Virus record (IMG/VR): IMGVR_UViG_3300020576_005257
Coordinates: 1-64,000 of that record
Length of the DNA: 64,000 nucleotides
Direction: 5' to 3' (one strand)
Origin: a virus
Lineage: Duplodnaviria; Caudoviricetes
Below, piece by piece: positions 1 to 10,209 of this stretch (position 1 is the stretch's first letter; the number at the start of each line of letters is the position of its first letter). Under the pieces are notes generated by a model. It ran no database searches, was not told where the DNA came from, and worked only from the letters and a program-made list of their open reading frames with translations. The translations under genes were made by a program, and so were the position numbers.

Positions 1-605
1 GAAGTCCACCAATGAGTGACAACGAATGGCTCATAGAATCCTACTCTTGCTACAGCATTTGTAGCTGGTAGTTTGTATCCAATTAAATCACCTGGGTTTG
101 ACCAGTTTCTAGTTGAACAAACAAACATCAATGATGGATAGGTTTTACGCAACTCACCAATAAGGTAAGATTGCATATTGAACTTCAAAGCTGAGTCTAC
201 AGCTCCTGGGGCTTCAACATCCATAGCATAAGCAAACGTTTTAGAGAAAGGTAACGTCCCTGCTATACTAAGAATTCTCTGGTGGAATCTAAGTTGCTCA
301 GCCCAGGTTGCTGGATCTTGCTTACTTTCATAATGAGCTTTATCTCTACCATGATCTCCAACAAGAAGAGTTGAAGTACCTGGTAATGCTGAAAATCTAA
401 GAAGAATATCAACTACAGCTTTTAGTTGAGCATCACTAAAGTCTGTTCTAGGCATAGCACACAATTTCTTATGAGTTTTGTGAATTTTAATTAGCCTAGC
501 ATCAGTATATTCAGCTGATATTCGCTCAGGAGTCCACTCTTTCTTAAGCGACAGTATCTCGTCTGTTGCGCCAAGTACTCTAGAAGTCATTATAGGGTGC
601 TTCAT
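1..605 (-). CDS. GH5 (cellulase family A)-like protein, degenerate, truncated by window edge
   Basis: Not in ORF track. ATG at 605 opens MKHPIMTSRV...MDVEAPG...LIGELRKTYPSLMFVCSTRNWSNPGDL...VGFYEPFVVTHW, which resembles the GH5 segment in 17716..19056 (IRPILPNNWIIATTHSYSGPETL...HCYSPFWFTH); the NE acid/base motif appears as DVE. Confidence 0.55.
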   Translation of the reverse strand, partial: MKHPIMTSRVLGATDEILSLKKEWTPERISAEYTDARLIKIHKTHKKLCAMPRTDFSDAQLKAVVDILLRFSALPGTSTLLVGDHGRDKAHYESKQDPATWAEQLRFHQRILSIAGTLPFSKTFAYAMDVEAPGAVDSALKFNMQSYLIGELRKTYPSLMFVCSTRNWSNPGDLIGYKLPATNAVARVGFYEPFVVTHWWT

Positions 606-650
606 TCTTTTTATCCAATATTAATAGAGCAATCTAATGTTTAAAATTTT

Positions 651-688
651 GGGGCTTTAGCTCATGGCTGGTTAGAGCAGAATCCTTA
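651..688 (+). pseudogene. 5' half of an interrupted class I tRNA (probably Ile)
   Basis: GGGGCTT-TA-GCTC-ATGGCTGGTTA-GAGC-A-GAATC-CTTA; acceptor and anticodon stems pair with 1530..1569. Confidence 0.85.
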
Positions 689-699
689 AAAACTAGTTT

Positions 700-791
700 G
701 GTAGTGTAGCTCAGTCGGTCAGAGCCCGTGCCTTATAAGCGCGAAGCCCCAACAAGGTATACGGTAAGTTCAAATCTTCCCACTACCACCA
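700..791 (+). tRNA. tRNA-Ile(UAU) with long variable region, nested inside the split tRNA
   Basis: GGTAGTG/CACTACC acceptor, A73-CCA, CGTGC-CT-TAT-AA-GCGCG anticodon arm, ~20-nt extra arm, GTAAG-TTCAAAT-CTTCC T arm. Confidence 0.88.
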
Positions 792-1477
792 TTAATTTTT
801 AAAATTCCATGATCAAATTCCCAATGACAATTTGGACATAACCAAACTAAATTTTCTACTTTATTAATTTCACTAATTAAAGTACTTTTTTCATGTTCAC
901 TAATCCCTTTTATATGACAACATTCTACATGTTTATCATATTTACATACTAAACACTTCTTATCTGGAAAGTGACTTTTCAAAATATTTCTCGCATGGAA
1001 TCTAATATTGCCGAATCTATTGGAACCCTGACCTTTAGTATTTGTTTCTTCTTCTAATGTTCTACTAGCTATTCCAGGTTTTAGTATTATAATTTTTCCT
1101 TTCTTTTCAGCAACTAAACCTCTTTCTATTTCCTTCTTTATAAAACATTCTTTACAGTATGTTAACTTAGACTTTATTTTTGTTTGGCAATTTTTACATT
1201 TGCCTTCCATTTCTCTTTTTGGAGTTTTTCTATTATTACTTTTTGCTCCACAACTTTGCGAACAGAACTTTCTATTTGTTTCCTTAGTTTTGAAAGATTT
1301 TCCACAATATTCACATAAAATTTCTGTTTCTTCCCTTCTTCTGGATAAATGCTGACATTTACTAGAACAATAAGGTTTGTAAGTAGGATTATCTTTCTTC
1401 CTTCTTGCTACTTCCTTCGTAGTTTTAAAGACCTCTAAACCGCAAAAACTACAATTCAACTTAATTTTCTTTTCCAT
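770..1477 (-). CDS. HNH homing endonuclease with Zn-finger repeats
   Basis: CHIKGIS...ENLVWLCPNCHWEFDHG HNH core, CxxC/FCSxxC repeats; likely start MEKKIKLNC at 1477 because the longer track ORF runs over the tRNA half. Confidence 0.88.
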   Translation of the reverse strand: MEKKIKLNCSFCGLEVFKTTKEVARRKKDNPTYKPYCSSKCQHLSRRREETEILCEYCGKSFKTKETNRKFCSQSCGAKSNNRKTPKREMEGKCKNCQTKIKSKLTYCKECFIKKEIERGLVAEKKGKIIILKPGIASRTLEEETNTKGQGSNRFGNIRFHARNILKSHFPDKKCLVCKYDKHVECCHIKGISEHEKSTLISEINKVENLVWLCPNCHWEFDHGILKINGGSGKI

Positions 1478-1529
1478 CTTATTTAAGATAGAGGAACCAA
1501 ATTGAACTGAAACTACTAACAAAATTTTA

Positions 1530-1569
1530 AAGATTTTGGTGCTGGGTTCGACCCCCAGAGGCCCCACCA
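1530..1569 (+). pseudogene. 3' half of the interrupted tRNA begun at 651
   Basis: AA-GATTT-TGGTG-CTGGG-TTCGACC-CCCAG-AGGCCCC-A-CCA. Confidence 0.85.
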
Positions 1570-1579
1570 ACAAACTAAT

Positions 1580-1849
1580 ATGTTATACTTAATTCCCTTA
1601 CTTGTTATTATATACCTTATCATAGGTGTATTTGTTGTAGCTAGATGCTTAATGAATCATTACGATTTCAATCATCATCACCATGATGCATTTGAACTTA
1701 TTATGTTCATTATAGTTTCGTGTCTATGGCCTTTAGTCCTAGTACGTAACTTCTTAGCATCTATTTTCCATTATTTTCATAACCTACCAAATATATTCTT
1801 TGGGTTTGTCTACAAAGTAACTAACTTTCCACCTAGGAAGATTGATTAA
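1580..1849 (+). CDS. hypothetical membrane protein
   Basis: two hydrophobic segments. Confidence 0.6.
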   Translation: MLYLIPLLVIIYLIIGVFVVARCLMNHYDFNHHHHDAFELIMFIIVSCLWPLVLVRNFLASIFHYFHNLPNIFFGFVYKVTNFPPRKID

Positions 1850-2842
1850 CATGAACAAATATGAATCTATAGCTGTTGTTGCTGTATGTGCTTTCTTAGC
1901 TGTTGTCTTATCTTTTGGTGCTCAGTGTACTTCAGAGACTGTAAAGTCTAATAATAGAGTTAAGATAGCTGAAATTCAGTATAGAGAACAAAAATGATTG
2001 AACGGAAGGATGCATTAAAAGTCTGGAAGAATCTAGATAAAAACCAACAGCAGCAAGTTCATCAAGTTTCTTCTTACAAGGAACTACCTTTCTCAGTTTT
2101 TACTTTATCTACTAGTATGATTCATCATGCTCTTCAAGAAGCTGAGAGCAAAAACCTTGATTTGTTATCTAGAGTTTCTAATAAGGATTAAACTATGTTC
2201 TTTACTATGTTTCTCGTTTTCCTCATCATAGCTTTTTTAGGTATGTGGTTATTTGGTGATGATCCATTTCTAGAAGGTATGGGTTGTTTTGCTCCATTTT
2301 GTGGACTTCTTATAGGAGTTTTCCTTCTCACTAATCAGAATTTATTCTTTGTATTAACTTTACCTATGTTATTTGTTTATATGTTCTGTCTTGTAAGAGA
2401 TACTAGAAAACTTAATAACTTACGAAAAAATCAAGAAAATGAAAAAGAAGATTACTAAATTTAAGTTTTCTGGAAGAGATTCTCATAAAACTCCACCACA
2501 GCTATATTTTTTAACCAGACTACTATCTGTAAATGATTCTTCCAGTACTAAGAATAAACTAATTGATTCAGGTAAGTTAGTTATTAACTGTGGTTGCGAA
2601 GCAACCACAAATCAATTTTTAGTTAGTGTACTTGATAACAACTATAGTCAAACTATGTCAATCTTGAAGGAAAACTAAAAGGAACTTGAATATGTCTCAG
2701 CAAACAATAATTGATTCTCCTACCAAGTGTATAGTTTGTGGTAAGTTTATGTCAGATGATCAGGTTCTACTTGGTTGGACTAAACTTAAAGATATGGGTG
2801 GATATTCTCTTGAAGAATATGCTCATTACGAATGTTATCTAG

Positions 2843-3223
2843 ATGATCCTGAAGTTAAACACAGGGTATAGTAATATGAGAAAAAAAGGAAGACGACAAA
2901 GGCCTGCTACTTTTGCAATGCAACATGAATATGCATATCTTTCTATGACTCAGGAAGAATATCAGAATGCTCAACAGGTCAACTGGAAGGAACCTTATTA
3001 TTGGAAAGATGTAGATAAATATCCAAACAAGAAAGAACTAACTAATTTAGGTTGTGGAGGATGGAATCATAAAAGGTACTATTACCATCCTTCCAGTGGT
3101 GCTATTTATGCTACTAAGAATGGTAGATGGATGGTTAAGTATTTTACTGAAAAGAATACTACTGATACTAGACTTATTCAAAATAGCTTTGGTGAAAGGG
3201 GACAATTCTATGACGCTAACTGA
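2843..3223 (+). CDS. hypothetical protein
   Basis: ORF in tightly packed + strand run. Confidence 0.55.
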   Translation: MILKLNTGYSNMRKKGRRQRPATFAMQHEYAYLSMTQEEYQNAQQVNWKEPYYWKDVDKYPNKKELTNLGCGGWNHKRYYYHPSSGAIYATKNGRWMVKYFTEKNTTDTRLIQNSFGERGQFYDAN

Positions 3224-3278
3224 GACTCCTTGCTGGGAACTTTTGGTATCCCTTCACAGTTTAGATTCCTTTATATAG
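3210..3278 (+). pseudogene. orphaned 5' start of the gene that continues at 4052
   Basis: MTLTETPCWELLV vs MIVSQHKLFELLVP; GAACTTTTGGT repeated at 3237-3247 and 4079-4089, GGACAAT upstream of both ATGs. Confidence 0.6.
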
Positions 3279-4015
3279 ACTAGTAATCCTTCAACCTTTT
3301 CTTCGTTTTCTTCTAAAAATCCAAGGGCTAAGTTACACGATCTGCATAAAAGACCTCTTATACACTTCCCACAAGAAAATCTTTTATTGCAACATTTATG
3401 GTCATGGTCAATACTGTGGATTGGTAAACTACATCCTTCAATTGCACATACTCCATTCTGCTTGTTGAAGAGATCGAAGTAAATGTCATATCTCATATTA
3501 TGTTTTGCTAATTGAGTACAAATTTTACAATAAGGTTTTCTTCCAGATGGCCTGCTTGATACTTTACCAAAATCTTCCAATCTTCTTGTTCTATTACACC
3601 AAGGACAAAACTTCTCTTCTAAGGTAAATTTTCTACTAGTTAAAGAAATCTTTTTTCCTTTACAGTTACTACACCCTCTTGACTTACCGGATTTCAGATC
3701 TCCCCCATTAATGGTCTTTACAATACCACAAGAACATTTACATTCCCACATTGTTCCTTTATGTCTCTTTGCTGATCTACCCAAAACGGTCCAATCCCCA
3801 AAGTTTAGACCCTCCAAATCCTTATATTCACCTTGGAGTGCTCTACCTGAAAAATGACTAATATCTATCCCCAACTCCTCTATTCTTTTTTTCACTTTTC
3901 TGATATTATAGCTATCATAGGATAAGCCACATTGATTCAAAATGTGCTTTTTGCTATCAGCTCTTTCAACTAAGTTTCTGAAAGCTGACTCTTCTATTAA
4001 ATCTATCTTTCCCAT
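3254..4015 (-). CDS. Endonuclease VII-like (His-Me) homing endonuclease
   Basis: IDHDHKCC...CGKCIRGLLCRSCNLALG; WECKCSCG...SRGC module; N-terminal IDISHFSG module. Confidence 0.88.
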   Translation of the reverse strand: MGKIDLIEESAFRNLVERADSKKHILNQCGLSYDSYNIRKVKKRIEELGIDISHFSGRALQGEYKDLEGLNFGDWTVLGRSAKRHKGTMWECKCSCGIVKTINGGDLKSGKSRGCSNCKGKKISLTSRKFTLEEKFCPWCNRTRRLEDFGKVSSRPSGRKPYCKICTQLAKHNMRYDIYFDLFNKQNGVCAIEGCSLPIHSIDHDHKCCNKRFSCGKCIRGLLCRSCNLALGFLEENEEKVEGLLVYIKESKL

Positions 4016-4051
4016 AGTAATTTAAATAGAGGATTTCCAAGGACAATAATA

Positions 4052-4408
4052 ATGATTGTTTCCCAACATAAACTGTTCGAACTTTTGGTCCCGCATCGGA
4101 TGGGCCAGCATGATAACTCTAATCCTAATATTCCTAGAAGTAATAAGACTATCCCTGTACCCTGGCACCGTGATTGGGATGCCTTTGTCATTGAAATTAG
4201 TGGTGGTTTGACTCTACAAAGGGCAACTAGAGGTCAGTGGATCTGTCCTAATGGAAAACTGTACAAAGAGATTATGATCCCTGTACGTATCGCCTGTACA
4301 GAAGAACAGATAGCTATCATAGCTGACTTTACCCTTGAACATTATAAACAGTTAGCAGTATTTGTAACTCTCATTTCAGAAAGAACTCTTATATTTACTA
4401 GAGAATAA
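4052..4408 (+). CDS. conserved phage hypothetical protein
   Basis: ELLVP...WD...ISGGLT...GQW...MIPVRIACTEEQI pattern. Confidence 0.7.
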   Translation: MIVSQHKLFELLVPHRMGQHDNSNPNIPRSNKTIPVPWHRDWDAFVIEISGGLTLQRATRGQWICPNGKLYKEIMIPVRIACTEEQIAIIADFTLEHYKQLAVFVTLISERTLIFTRE

Positions 4409-4739
4409 TTATGGAAACACAATCAGATAGTTCTACCGTTACTGAACTTACAGTTAAGGATTTACAACTTTATCCTATTTATACTGTGTATAGAGTAGCT
4501 GAACAAATACTTCCAAAAACAAAACATAGTAAAATTAGTCAGGACATTGTTATACTAGGATCTGACTCAGACGGATATAAAGTATATCATTCTGTAACTA
4601 CTTTATATTATACAGCTAAAACTTGTCCTTGGTCAGCAACTTCCTCTGGTTATAAACTTAAAGACGCTAAGAAACTAGCTTTAAAAGCTTTTAAAGATTT
4701 ATCTGAAAGACAAATTGGATGGAGGTTAACAAATAACCA

Positions 4740-5192
4740 TTGAAAGTTTTGTTTCTAGATATTGATGGTGTTTTAAACTATCTTGGTTTCTCTGCTCCTA
4801 AGATTCATCCAGATAAAGTTAGGCTGCTTAATAAGTTTTTAGATAAGTATCCTGAACTACAGGTAGTTATTAGTTCTTCTTGGAGATTTATAGTGAACCG
4901 TGGTGATATAAACTTAGATGGATTAAGATTTTTATTTAGGACTCATGGAATAGATTTGATGAATCCTGATGGTACTAACAGACTTATAGCTGTTACTAAC
5001 CCTAATATACTTAACAGAGGCAGAGCTATAAATGATTTTCTAGATCATAACAAAATAGAAAACTTTGTAGTCTTTGATGATGAATACATAAGCTTAGAGA
5101 CTAGTTTCCAAAAACATTTTGTATATATAGATAGTAGACAGGGTTTAACCAAATCAAATATTGAATATGCTAGTAAAATACTAGGAGAATAA
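4740..5192 (+). CDS. HAD-family phosphatase (Swiss-Army-knife RNA repair type)
   Basis: KVLFLDIDGVLN, VVISSSWR, RG..I, FVVFDD, GLT motifs. Confidence 0.85.
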   Translation: MKVLFLDIDGVLNYLGFSAPKIHPDKVRLLNKFLDKYPELQVVISSSWRFIVNRGDINLDGLRFLFRTHGIDLMNPDGTNRLIAVTNPNILNRGRAINDFLDHNKIENFVVFDDEYISLETSFQKHFVYIDSRQGLTKSNIEYASKILGE

Positions 5193-5196
5193 ACTA

Positions 5197-5934
5197 ATGC
5201 AGATAATCGATCACAATAAGCAATTTTACGATTTTGTGATTCAAGATTACCAACCTAGAACTTTCTGGAAAAGAGAGGAAAAGACTCTTTCCGTTTTAAG
5301 AAATCAAGATAACTTTACAGACGAGCAAAAAAGATTAATATCTTACTTTGATATTCATTGGTCTAGAAATTGGATGTCAATGAGAACCAAGCGACTTGTT
5401 CTTTTGGCTATAGGAGATTTAGTTTACAAACTTACTCTAAAAACTAAGTCCACCCTTACTAAAGAACAAGCTGATAGTAATCCTAACATGGTCTGTTTTG
5501 AGAATACTAAGTATATCTTTGATTTTCTTAAAGATGAAGACTTAGAAATTTTATTATCCCCAACAGGCAAGGAAAAGATAGGTGATTTGATTAACAACAA
5601 TGATCTTTTTACTAATATTAAAAAGTATCAAGTTGCTTTCAATCAACCTGTAGTATTATTTATGCCTTACGGTAATCCACTTGCAGGTATGAATGAATAT
5701 GATTATTCTACCGAAATAGGCGAGCCTAGAATCATGATTACCCATTCGCCTAACTTGAATAGGTTTTATGATTTACTTGCTAACGATGCTATGCTTATCT
5801 ACCAAGAGATTGAGACATGGTTAAGTAGACAGAATCCTGAACCAATAACAACCGTGGGTGGTGATCAAATTATTGCACAATCTAAAGGCTTTGATGATAA
5901 AAACTTTAGAAAAGCACCCTCTAAGAAAAAATAA
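5197..5934 (+). CDS. hypothetical protein
   Basis: 245-aa ORF between HAD and RNA ligase. Confidence 0.65.
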   Translation: MQIIDHNKQFYDFVIQDYQPRTFWKREEKTLSVLRNQDNFTDEQKRLISYFDIHWSRNWMSMRTKRLVLLAIGDLVYKLTLKTKSTLTKEQADSNPNMVCFENTKYIFDFLKDEDLEILLSPTGKEKIGDLINNNDLFTNIKKYQVAFNQPVVLFMPYGNPLAGMNEYDYSTEIGEPRIMITHSPNLNRFYDLLANDAMLIYQEIETWLSRQNPEPITTVGGDQIIAQSKGFDDKNFRKAPSKKK

Positions 5935-5936
5935 TT

Positions 5937-6956
5937 ATGAAGCACATTTCTTGGCCCAAAATTGGGCAGTTTAGTCAAGTTATTAGGGAAATTTCCATTG
6001 ATACTTCTTTTGTAGGTTTTGATGAGGATTTTCAGCCTATTTATGACTCTACACTACCTAAACCTACACTTAAATTTACTGGAACGGTAAAACTTCACGG
6101 AACTAATGCTGGAGTATCTTATAATAAGGAACATGGCATTTGGTTTCAATCTCGTGAGAATATTATAACTCCTTTAAAAGATAATGCTGGGTTTGCTTTC
6201 TTTGCAGATTCAATTAAGGAGCATTTCTTAAACTTCTTTAATGCAGTATATGAAAATTTTGAATTAACTGAAGACCATACTCTCACTATCTTTGGTGAAT
6301 GGGCTGGAGAAGGAATTCAAAAAGGGGTAGCTATTTCTAAATTGCCAAAAGCTTTTTATGTTTTTGGTCTCAAAGTATCGAAAGATGAGGCTGATTTTAA
6401 GAACTACTATCTAGACTCTTCATGGATTAAACTTCCAGAAGAAAGAATCTACAACATTTATGACTTTCCTTCTTATCAGTTAGAAATTGATTTTAACAAT
6501 CCCAAAACTGCTCAGAATGATTTAATCCACATTACTGAACAGGTAGAGAAAGAATGTCCTGTAAGTAAAACTCTTGGTATTTCAGGTACAGGTGAAGGTG
6601 TTGTTTGGACTGGAGAATACAAGGGTCAGAATTATCGCTTCAAGGTGAAAGGAGCAGAACATTCTGTTTCAAAGGTTAAAACCTTGGCACCAGTTGACGA
6701 AGAAAAACTGGAATCAATTAAAGCTTTTGTTGATTATGCAGTTACTGAGAATCGTTTAGATCAAGCTATTGAAAAGAATGGTTCAGAAATGACTAACCTT
6801 GGTGATGTTATTAGGTGGATGGTTAATGACATTGTTACTGAGGAGAGTCAGACTATGAAGAAGAGTGGTCTTGAGCCAAAGTCAGTGAATAGTGAAGTTG
6901 CTAAAAGAACGAGGATGATGTTTATCACAAGATCACAACAAGGTTTGTTAATTTAA
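5937..6956 (+). CDS. RNA ligase, Rnl2 family
   Basis: KLHGTN (motif I), IFGEWAG, FYVFG, GEGVVW, FKVKG nucleotidyltransferase motifs. Confidence 0.88.
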   Translation: MKHISWPKIGQFSQVIREISIDTSFVGFDEDFQPIYDSTLPKPTLKFTGTVKLHGTNAGVSYNKEHGIWFQSRENIITPLKDNAGFAFFADSIKEHFLNFFNAVYENFELTEDHTLTIFGEWAGEGIQKGVAISKLPKAFYVFGLKVSKDEADFKNYYLDSSWIKLPEERIYNIYDFPSYQLEIDFNNPKTAQNDLIHITEQVEKECPVSKTLGISGTGEGVVWTGEYKGQNYRFKVKGAEHSVSKVKTLAPVDEEKLESIKAFVDYAVTENRLDQAIEKNGSEMTNLGDVIRWMVNDIVTEESQTMKKSGLEPKSVNSEVAKRTRMMFITRSQQGLLI

Positions 6957-6973
6957 AGAAATTATTAACAATT

Positions 6974-7049
6974 TACCCAGTAGTCTAATTGGTAGGACGC
7001 CTCCCTTTGGTGGAGGAGATTCTGGGTTCGAAACCTAGCCGGGTAGCCA
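6974..7049 (+). tRNA. tRNA-Gln(UUG)
   Basis: TACCCAG/CCGGGTA acceptor with U1-A72 (one mismatch), CCTCC-CT-TTG-GT-GGAGG, TTCGAAA T loop, G73-CCA. Confidence 0.9.
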
Positions 7050-7057
7050 ACTTAAAA

Positions 7058-7390
7058 ATGATAACTAATAGAATCATCACTGAAGCTGAATTTAGACTAA
7101 AATTACAAGAGTTTTTAATTGGCTGTCCTGCCAAATGGGTAACTGGTCCTGGTAGATCAGGAGCTATAGCTGCTGTTTATGCTTCCTATTTATTGAAGAT
7201 TCCATATGTACCATATGGATGCACTCCCCATATTTATTCTGGATATCCAGTATTAGTAATTGATACTGCTAGAAATACTGGAAGAACTATGAGGAAAGCA
7301 ATTCGTAGATACTTAGCTTACTCACCTATAGAATGTGTTCTTTTTGAAGAACCACCTCGTGTTAGATTTTGGTATGAAAAGGAACTTTAA
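7058..7390 (+). CDS. phosphoribosyltransferase-fold protein
   Basis: VTGPGRSGAIAA and VLVIDTARNTGRTM (PRPP-loop-like); start moved to ATG 7058, downstream of the tRNA. Confidence 0.65.
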   Translation: MITNRIITEAEFRLKLQEFLIGCPAKWVTGPGRSGAIAAVYASYLLKIPYVPYGCTPHIYSGYPVLVIDTARNTGRTMRKAIRRYLAYSPIECVLFEEPPRVRFWYEKEL

Positions 7391-7565
7391 AATATGGCTG
7401 ACCTTCCAGACATTTATGTACAAGCATTAGTAGATATTCTTAATAATGCTAAGAACCTTGTAAGGAAAGATAATGAGTTTTTTATTCATGGAGGAGTACG
7501 TACTTTTAAAAGTGATGCTTTAGCACAAGTTTTAGACAGGCATAATCAACAAGGGAAAAAACAAA

Positions 7566-8294
7566 ATGGCACTACCACCACCTGAAATAGTAAACTATCA
7601 GGACAGTAAAACTCTAACTTTACTCAACCCAGACCAAGAGATTATTGTAGTTAACAAAGTAGAATTAAATCTACAAGACTTAACTAAAGTAGCCACCTTA
7701 ATTTTTAAGGAAGTTGCTGAAACTAAACTTCATCAACTTGATGCTCTTCGTCTTACCTACGATGATAGAGAAGTTTATAAAGATCAATATTACTCTTTAT
7801 CTCAGGAATGGTGGGATTATCAATCACCTTTAGCTCCTGTTTTGGCATCAATCAATTCTGTAAGTAGAAAGAAGTATAGAACTGAACTTCCAGTTGAAAT
7901 GCCTAATTTTGTTTATACTACTTCTCCTGTGCATGGTGAATATTATGATGATTATTGTGATGATAATCATGACGACTCACGTCTTTGTATAAAAATTAAG
8001 AAATATGCTGCTATGGTTAAAGATCATTCTGCATATATGAGCAAACATGAATGTACTGCCATTCTAGATAGAAATAAAGAAATATCTGCTCAAATGGGTC
8101 GAGTTCAATATTGGTTATCCTATCCAAAGGAATTAAATGATAGGCTATTCCCTTACATAACTCAAGCTGTTATGATGGGTACACTTACTCCTAATGATTT
8201 CAAGCCAACTATTGCTAAGATATCCAAACAAATTGTAGAAGACCTCATTAATAAAAGACCTACTAATGTAGAATTTACATCTAATAATTACTAA
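7566..8294 (+). CDS. hypothetical protein, paralog of 8302..8958
   Basis: shared DxxKVAxxIFK and MxGxLTPxxF segments. Confidence 0.65.
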   Translation: MALPPPEIVNYQDSKTLTLLNPDQEIIVVNKVELNLQDLTKVATLIFKEVAETKLHQLDALRLTYDDREVYKDQYYSLSQEWWDYQSPLAPVLASINSVSRKKYRTELPVEMPNFVYTTSPVHGEYYDDYCDDNHDDSRLCIKIKKYAAMVKDHSAYMSKHECTAILDRNKEISAQMGRVQYWLSYPKELNDRLFPYITQAVMMGTLTPNDFKPTIAKISKQIVEDLINKRPTNVEFTSNNY

Positions 8295-8301
8295 GACTAT
8301 C

Positions 8302-8958
8302 ATGTTACCCGAACCACTCTCTCCTAACCACCTCTCTGCCAACGAACCAATTGCCGTTCACAATCATATCACGCTCAGTGCTAATGATTTTGACAAGGTA
8401 GCACTTGTTATTTTCAAGGGTGAGATTAATGATGTAATTAAGGAACTTAGAAAAGATCTGCTTCCTTTGCAGGAATATAAGTCTCTTCAATCTCAACTAG
8501 AAACTGAGAAGGAAAATTTCTTTACAAATCATCCTGTTATTGTTCAAGCTCTTACCCTTCTAAACAATTTAGTTGAAGAACCACTCCAGTTCCATTACTT
8601 TGATACTGAAACTGGTTTTACTACTTTCGAACATGTTAAACCACAGGAGTCTCATGTCAGGTATAACGAAGGTCGCAATCGTTCTTTTGTTGTTTTAAAA
8701 CTTCTTAATTCTGAAAATATTGGAAAGGAATGGGAGCAAATTTACAAAGCTAAGGAAGAACATTCTAAACTTAATGCTCATAATGCAAATACCTATAGAA
8801 TAACTAAACTAGAAAAACTTAGTACTGGGAATGACTTGGAAACCTTGATTTCAGCTAGAGTAGCACAACTACTTATGGAAGGTTCTCTTACACCTAAGAC
8901 TTTCTCTGATAAAATTAAAGAGGAAGCTAAGACTTTCTTATCTAACTATGAGGGATAA
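8302..8958 (+). CDS. hypothetical protein, paralog of 7566..8294
   Basis: shared DxxKVAxxIFK and MxGxLTPxxF segments. Confidence 0.65.
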   Translation: MLPEPLSPNHLSANEPIAVHNHITLSANDFDKVALVIFKGEINDVIKELRKDLLPLQEYKSLQSQLETEKENFFTNHPVIVQALTLLNNLVEEPLQFHYFDTETGFTTFEHVKPQESHVRYNEGRNRSFVVLKLLNSENIGKEWEQIYKAKEEHSKLNAHNANTYRITKLEKLSTGNDLETLISARVAQLLMEGSLTPKTFSDKIKEEAKTFLSNYEG

Positions 8959-9730
8959 TGTTTAATATAGGAGATTTTGTCATTGTAAAAACTCAACTAA
9001 CTAGAGTTAATACTTTAGGAAAGCCTAGACTTTATGCTAGGAAAGGTACTAGAGGTGTTATTACTGATATCTTTTTATCTCCTGCTAATGAAAGGTATAA
9101 TAACTATCCATATAAAGTTGGTTATGCTAAAGTAAAAGTAGCAAATACTATAACTGGAAGGATAGAGATATTAACTTTTAGACTTAGTTCTCTAGTTCTA
9201 AATGAAGATGTTACTGATATAGATCGTTTAAACGAAACTAGACCTGAAGGTCAGATGCATCTTTAAGGTAATAAAATGATTTCAAGAACTCCAGATATTA
9301 GAATAGAAGCTGAACATACCCTTCAACCTATTTATCTAGTTGACTTCCCCCAAACTTCCAGTCTAAGTGGAACATCTTATAGTATTTATACTGATAAGTT
9401 GTTTTCTTTGAAGTATGGAAAACATGGAGGCATAGATTGCTTGCCATTAGTTATTCGCTATAAAGAGAGAGCTTTTATGGAAGTATTCATAGCTGGAGAA
9501 ACTTTATCAGAGTTTCGACAACTATGTCCTGAAGGCTTCTCCAGAGTTAACCTCCAGAAAATTGAAACTGAAATTGTTCATTTTTTACTTCAAATTTCTT
9601 TTCTTATCTTTCAAAAATATCCTCATCTTTTTCCTCTCTTTTTAGATTCAGCTTTCTCTTTAGGTTTTTTTGAGGGCGGATCTAGTAAAATCTATGAAAT
9701 CAAAAAAACTTTAGGTTTAGTTTAATATAC

Positions 9731-9759
9731 GCTCGGGTGGCGGAATTGGTAGACGTAGC
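9731..9759 (+). pseudogene. 5' fragment of interrupted tRNA-Leu
   Basis: GCTCGGG-TG-GCGG-AATTGGTAG-ACGT-A-GC; acceptor pairs with CCCGAGT at 10335-10341. Confidence 0.85.
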
Positions 9760-9773
9760 ACAACACTATATGT

Positions 9774-10205
9774 GTGGCTACAAGAAAATACAATTCTTAT
9801 ACTATAGATCAGTTAAAAGAAGCTGTTTCTACTTCCTTTTCAATTGCTCAAGTTTTGAGGCTCTTAGATTTAGCTCCAGTAGGTGGTAACTATTCTACTA
9901 TGAGAGTTAAGATTGCTAAACATTCAATTGATACTTCTCATTTTACTGGAATGTTATGGAATAAAAATAAATCTTTAAAAGATTATAGTGAATATAAAAG
10001 AAATGGTAATCTTAAAAATAAGCTTATCAAACAGGAAGGACATATTTGTATGAATTGTCAAAATGCTAAGTGGCAATCCTTACCTATTCCACTTGAATTA
10101 CACCATATTAATGGGAATTCTACTGATAATTCTAGAGAGAATTTACAGTTACTATGTCCTAATTGTCATTTTCAAACTCCTAACTTTAGAGGAAGAAATA
10201 TTTAG
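9774..10205 (+). CDS. HNH homing endonuclease
   Basis: CMNC...LELHHINGNSTDNSRENLQLLCPNCH; N-terminal IDTSHFTG module. Confidence 0.9.
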   Translation: MATRKYNSYTIDQLKEAVSTSFSIAQVLRLLDLAPVGGNYSTMRVKIAKHSIDTSHFTGMLWNKNKSLKDYSEYKRNGNLKNKLIKQEGHICMNCQNAKWQSLPIPLELHHINGNSTDNSRENLQLLCPNCHFQTPNFRGRNI

Positions 10206-10209
10206 TTTT

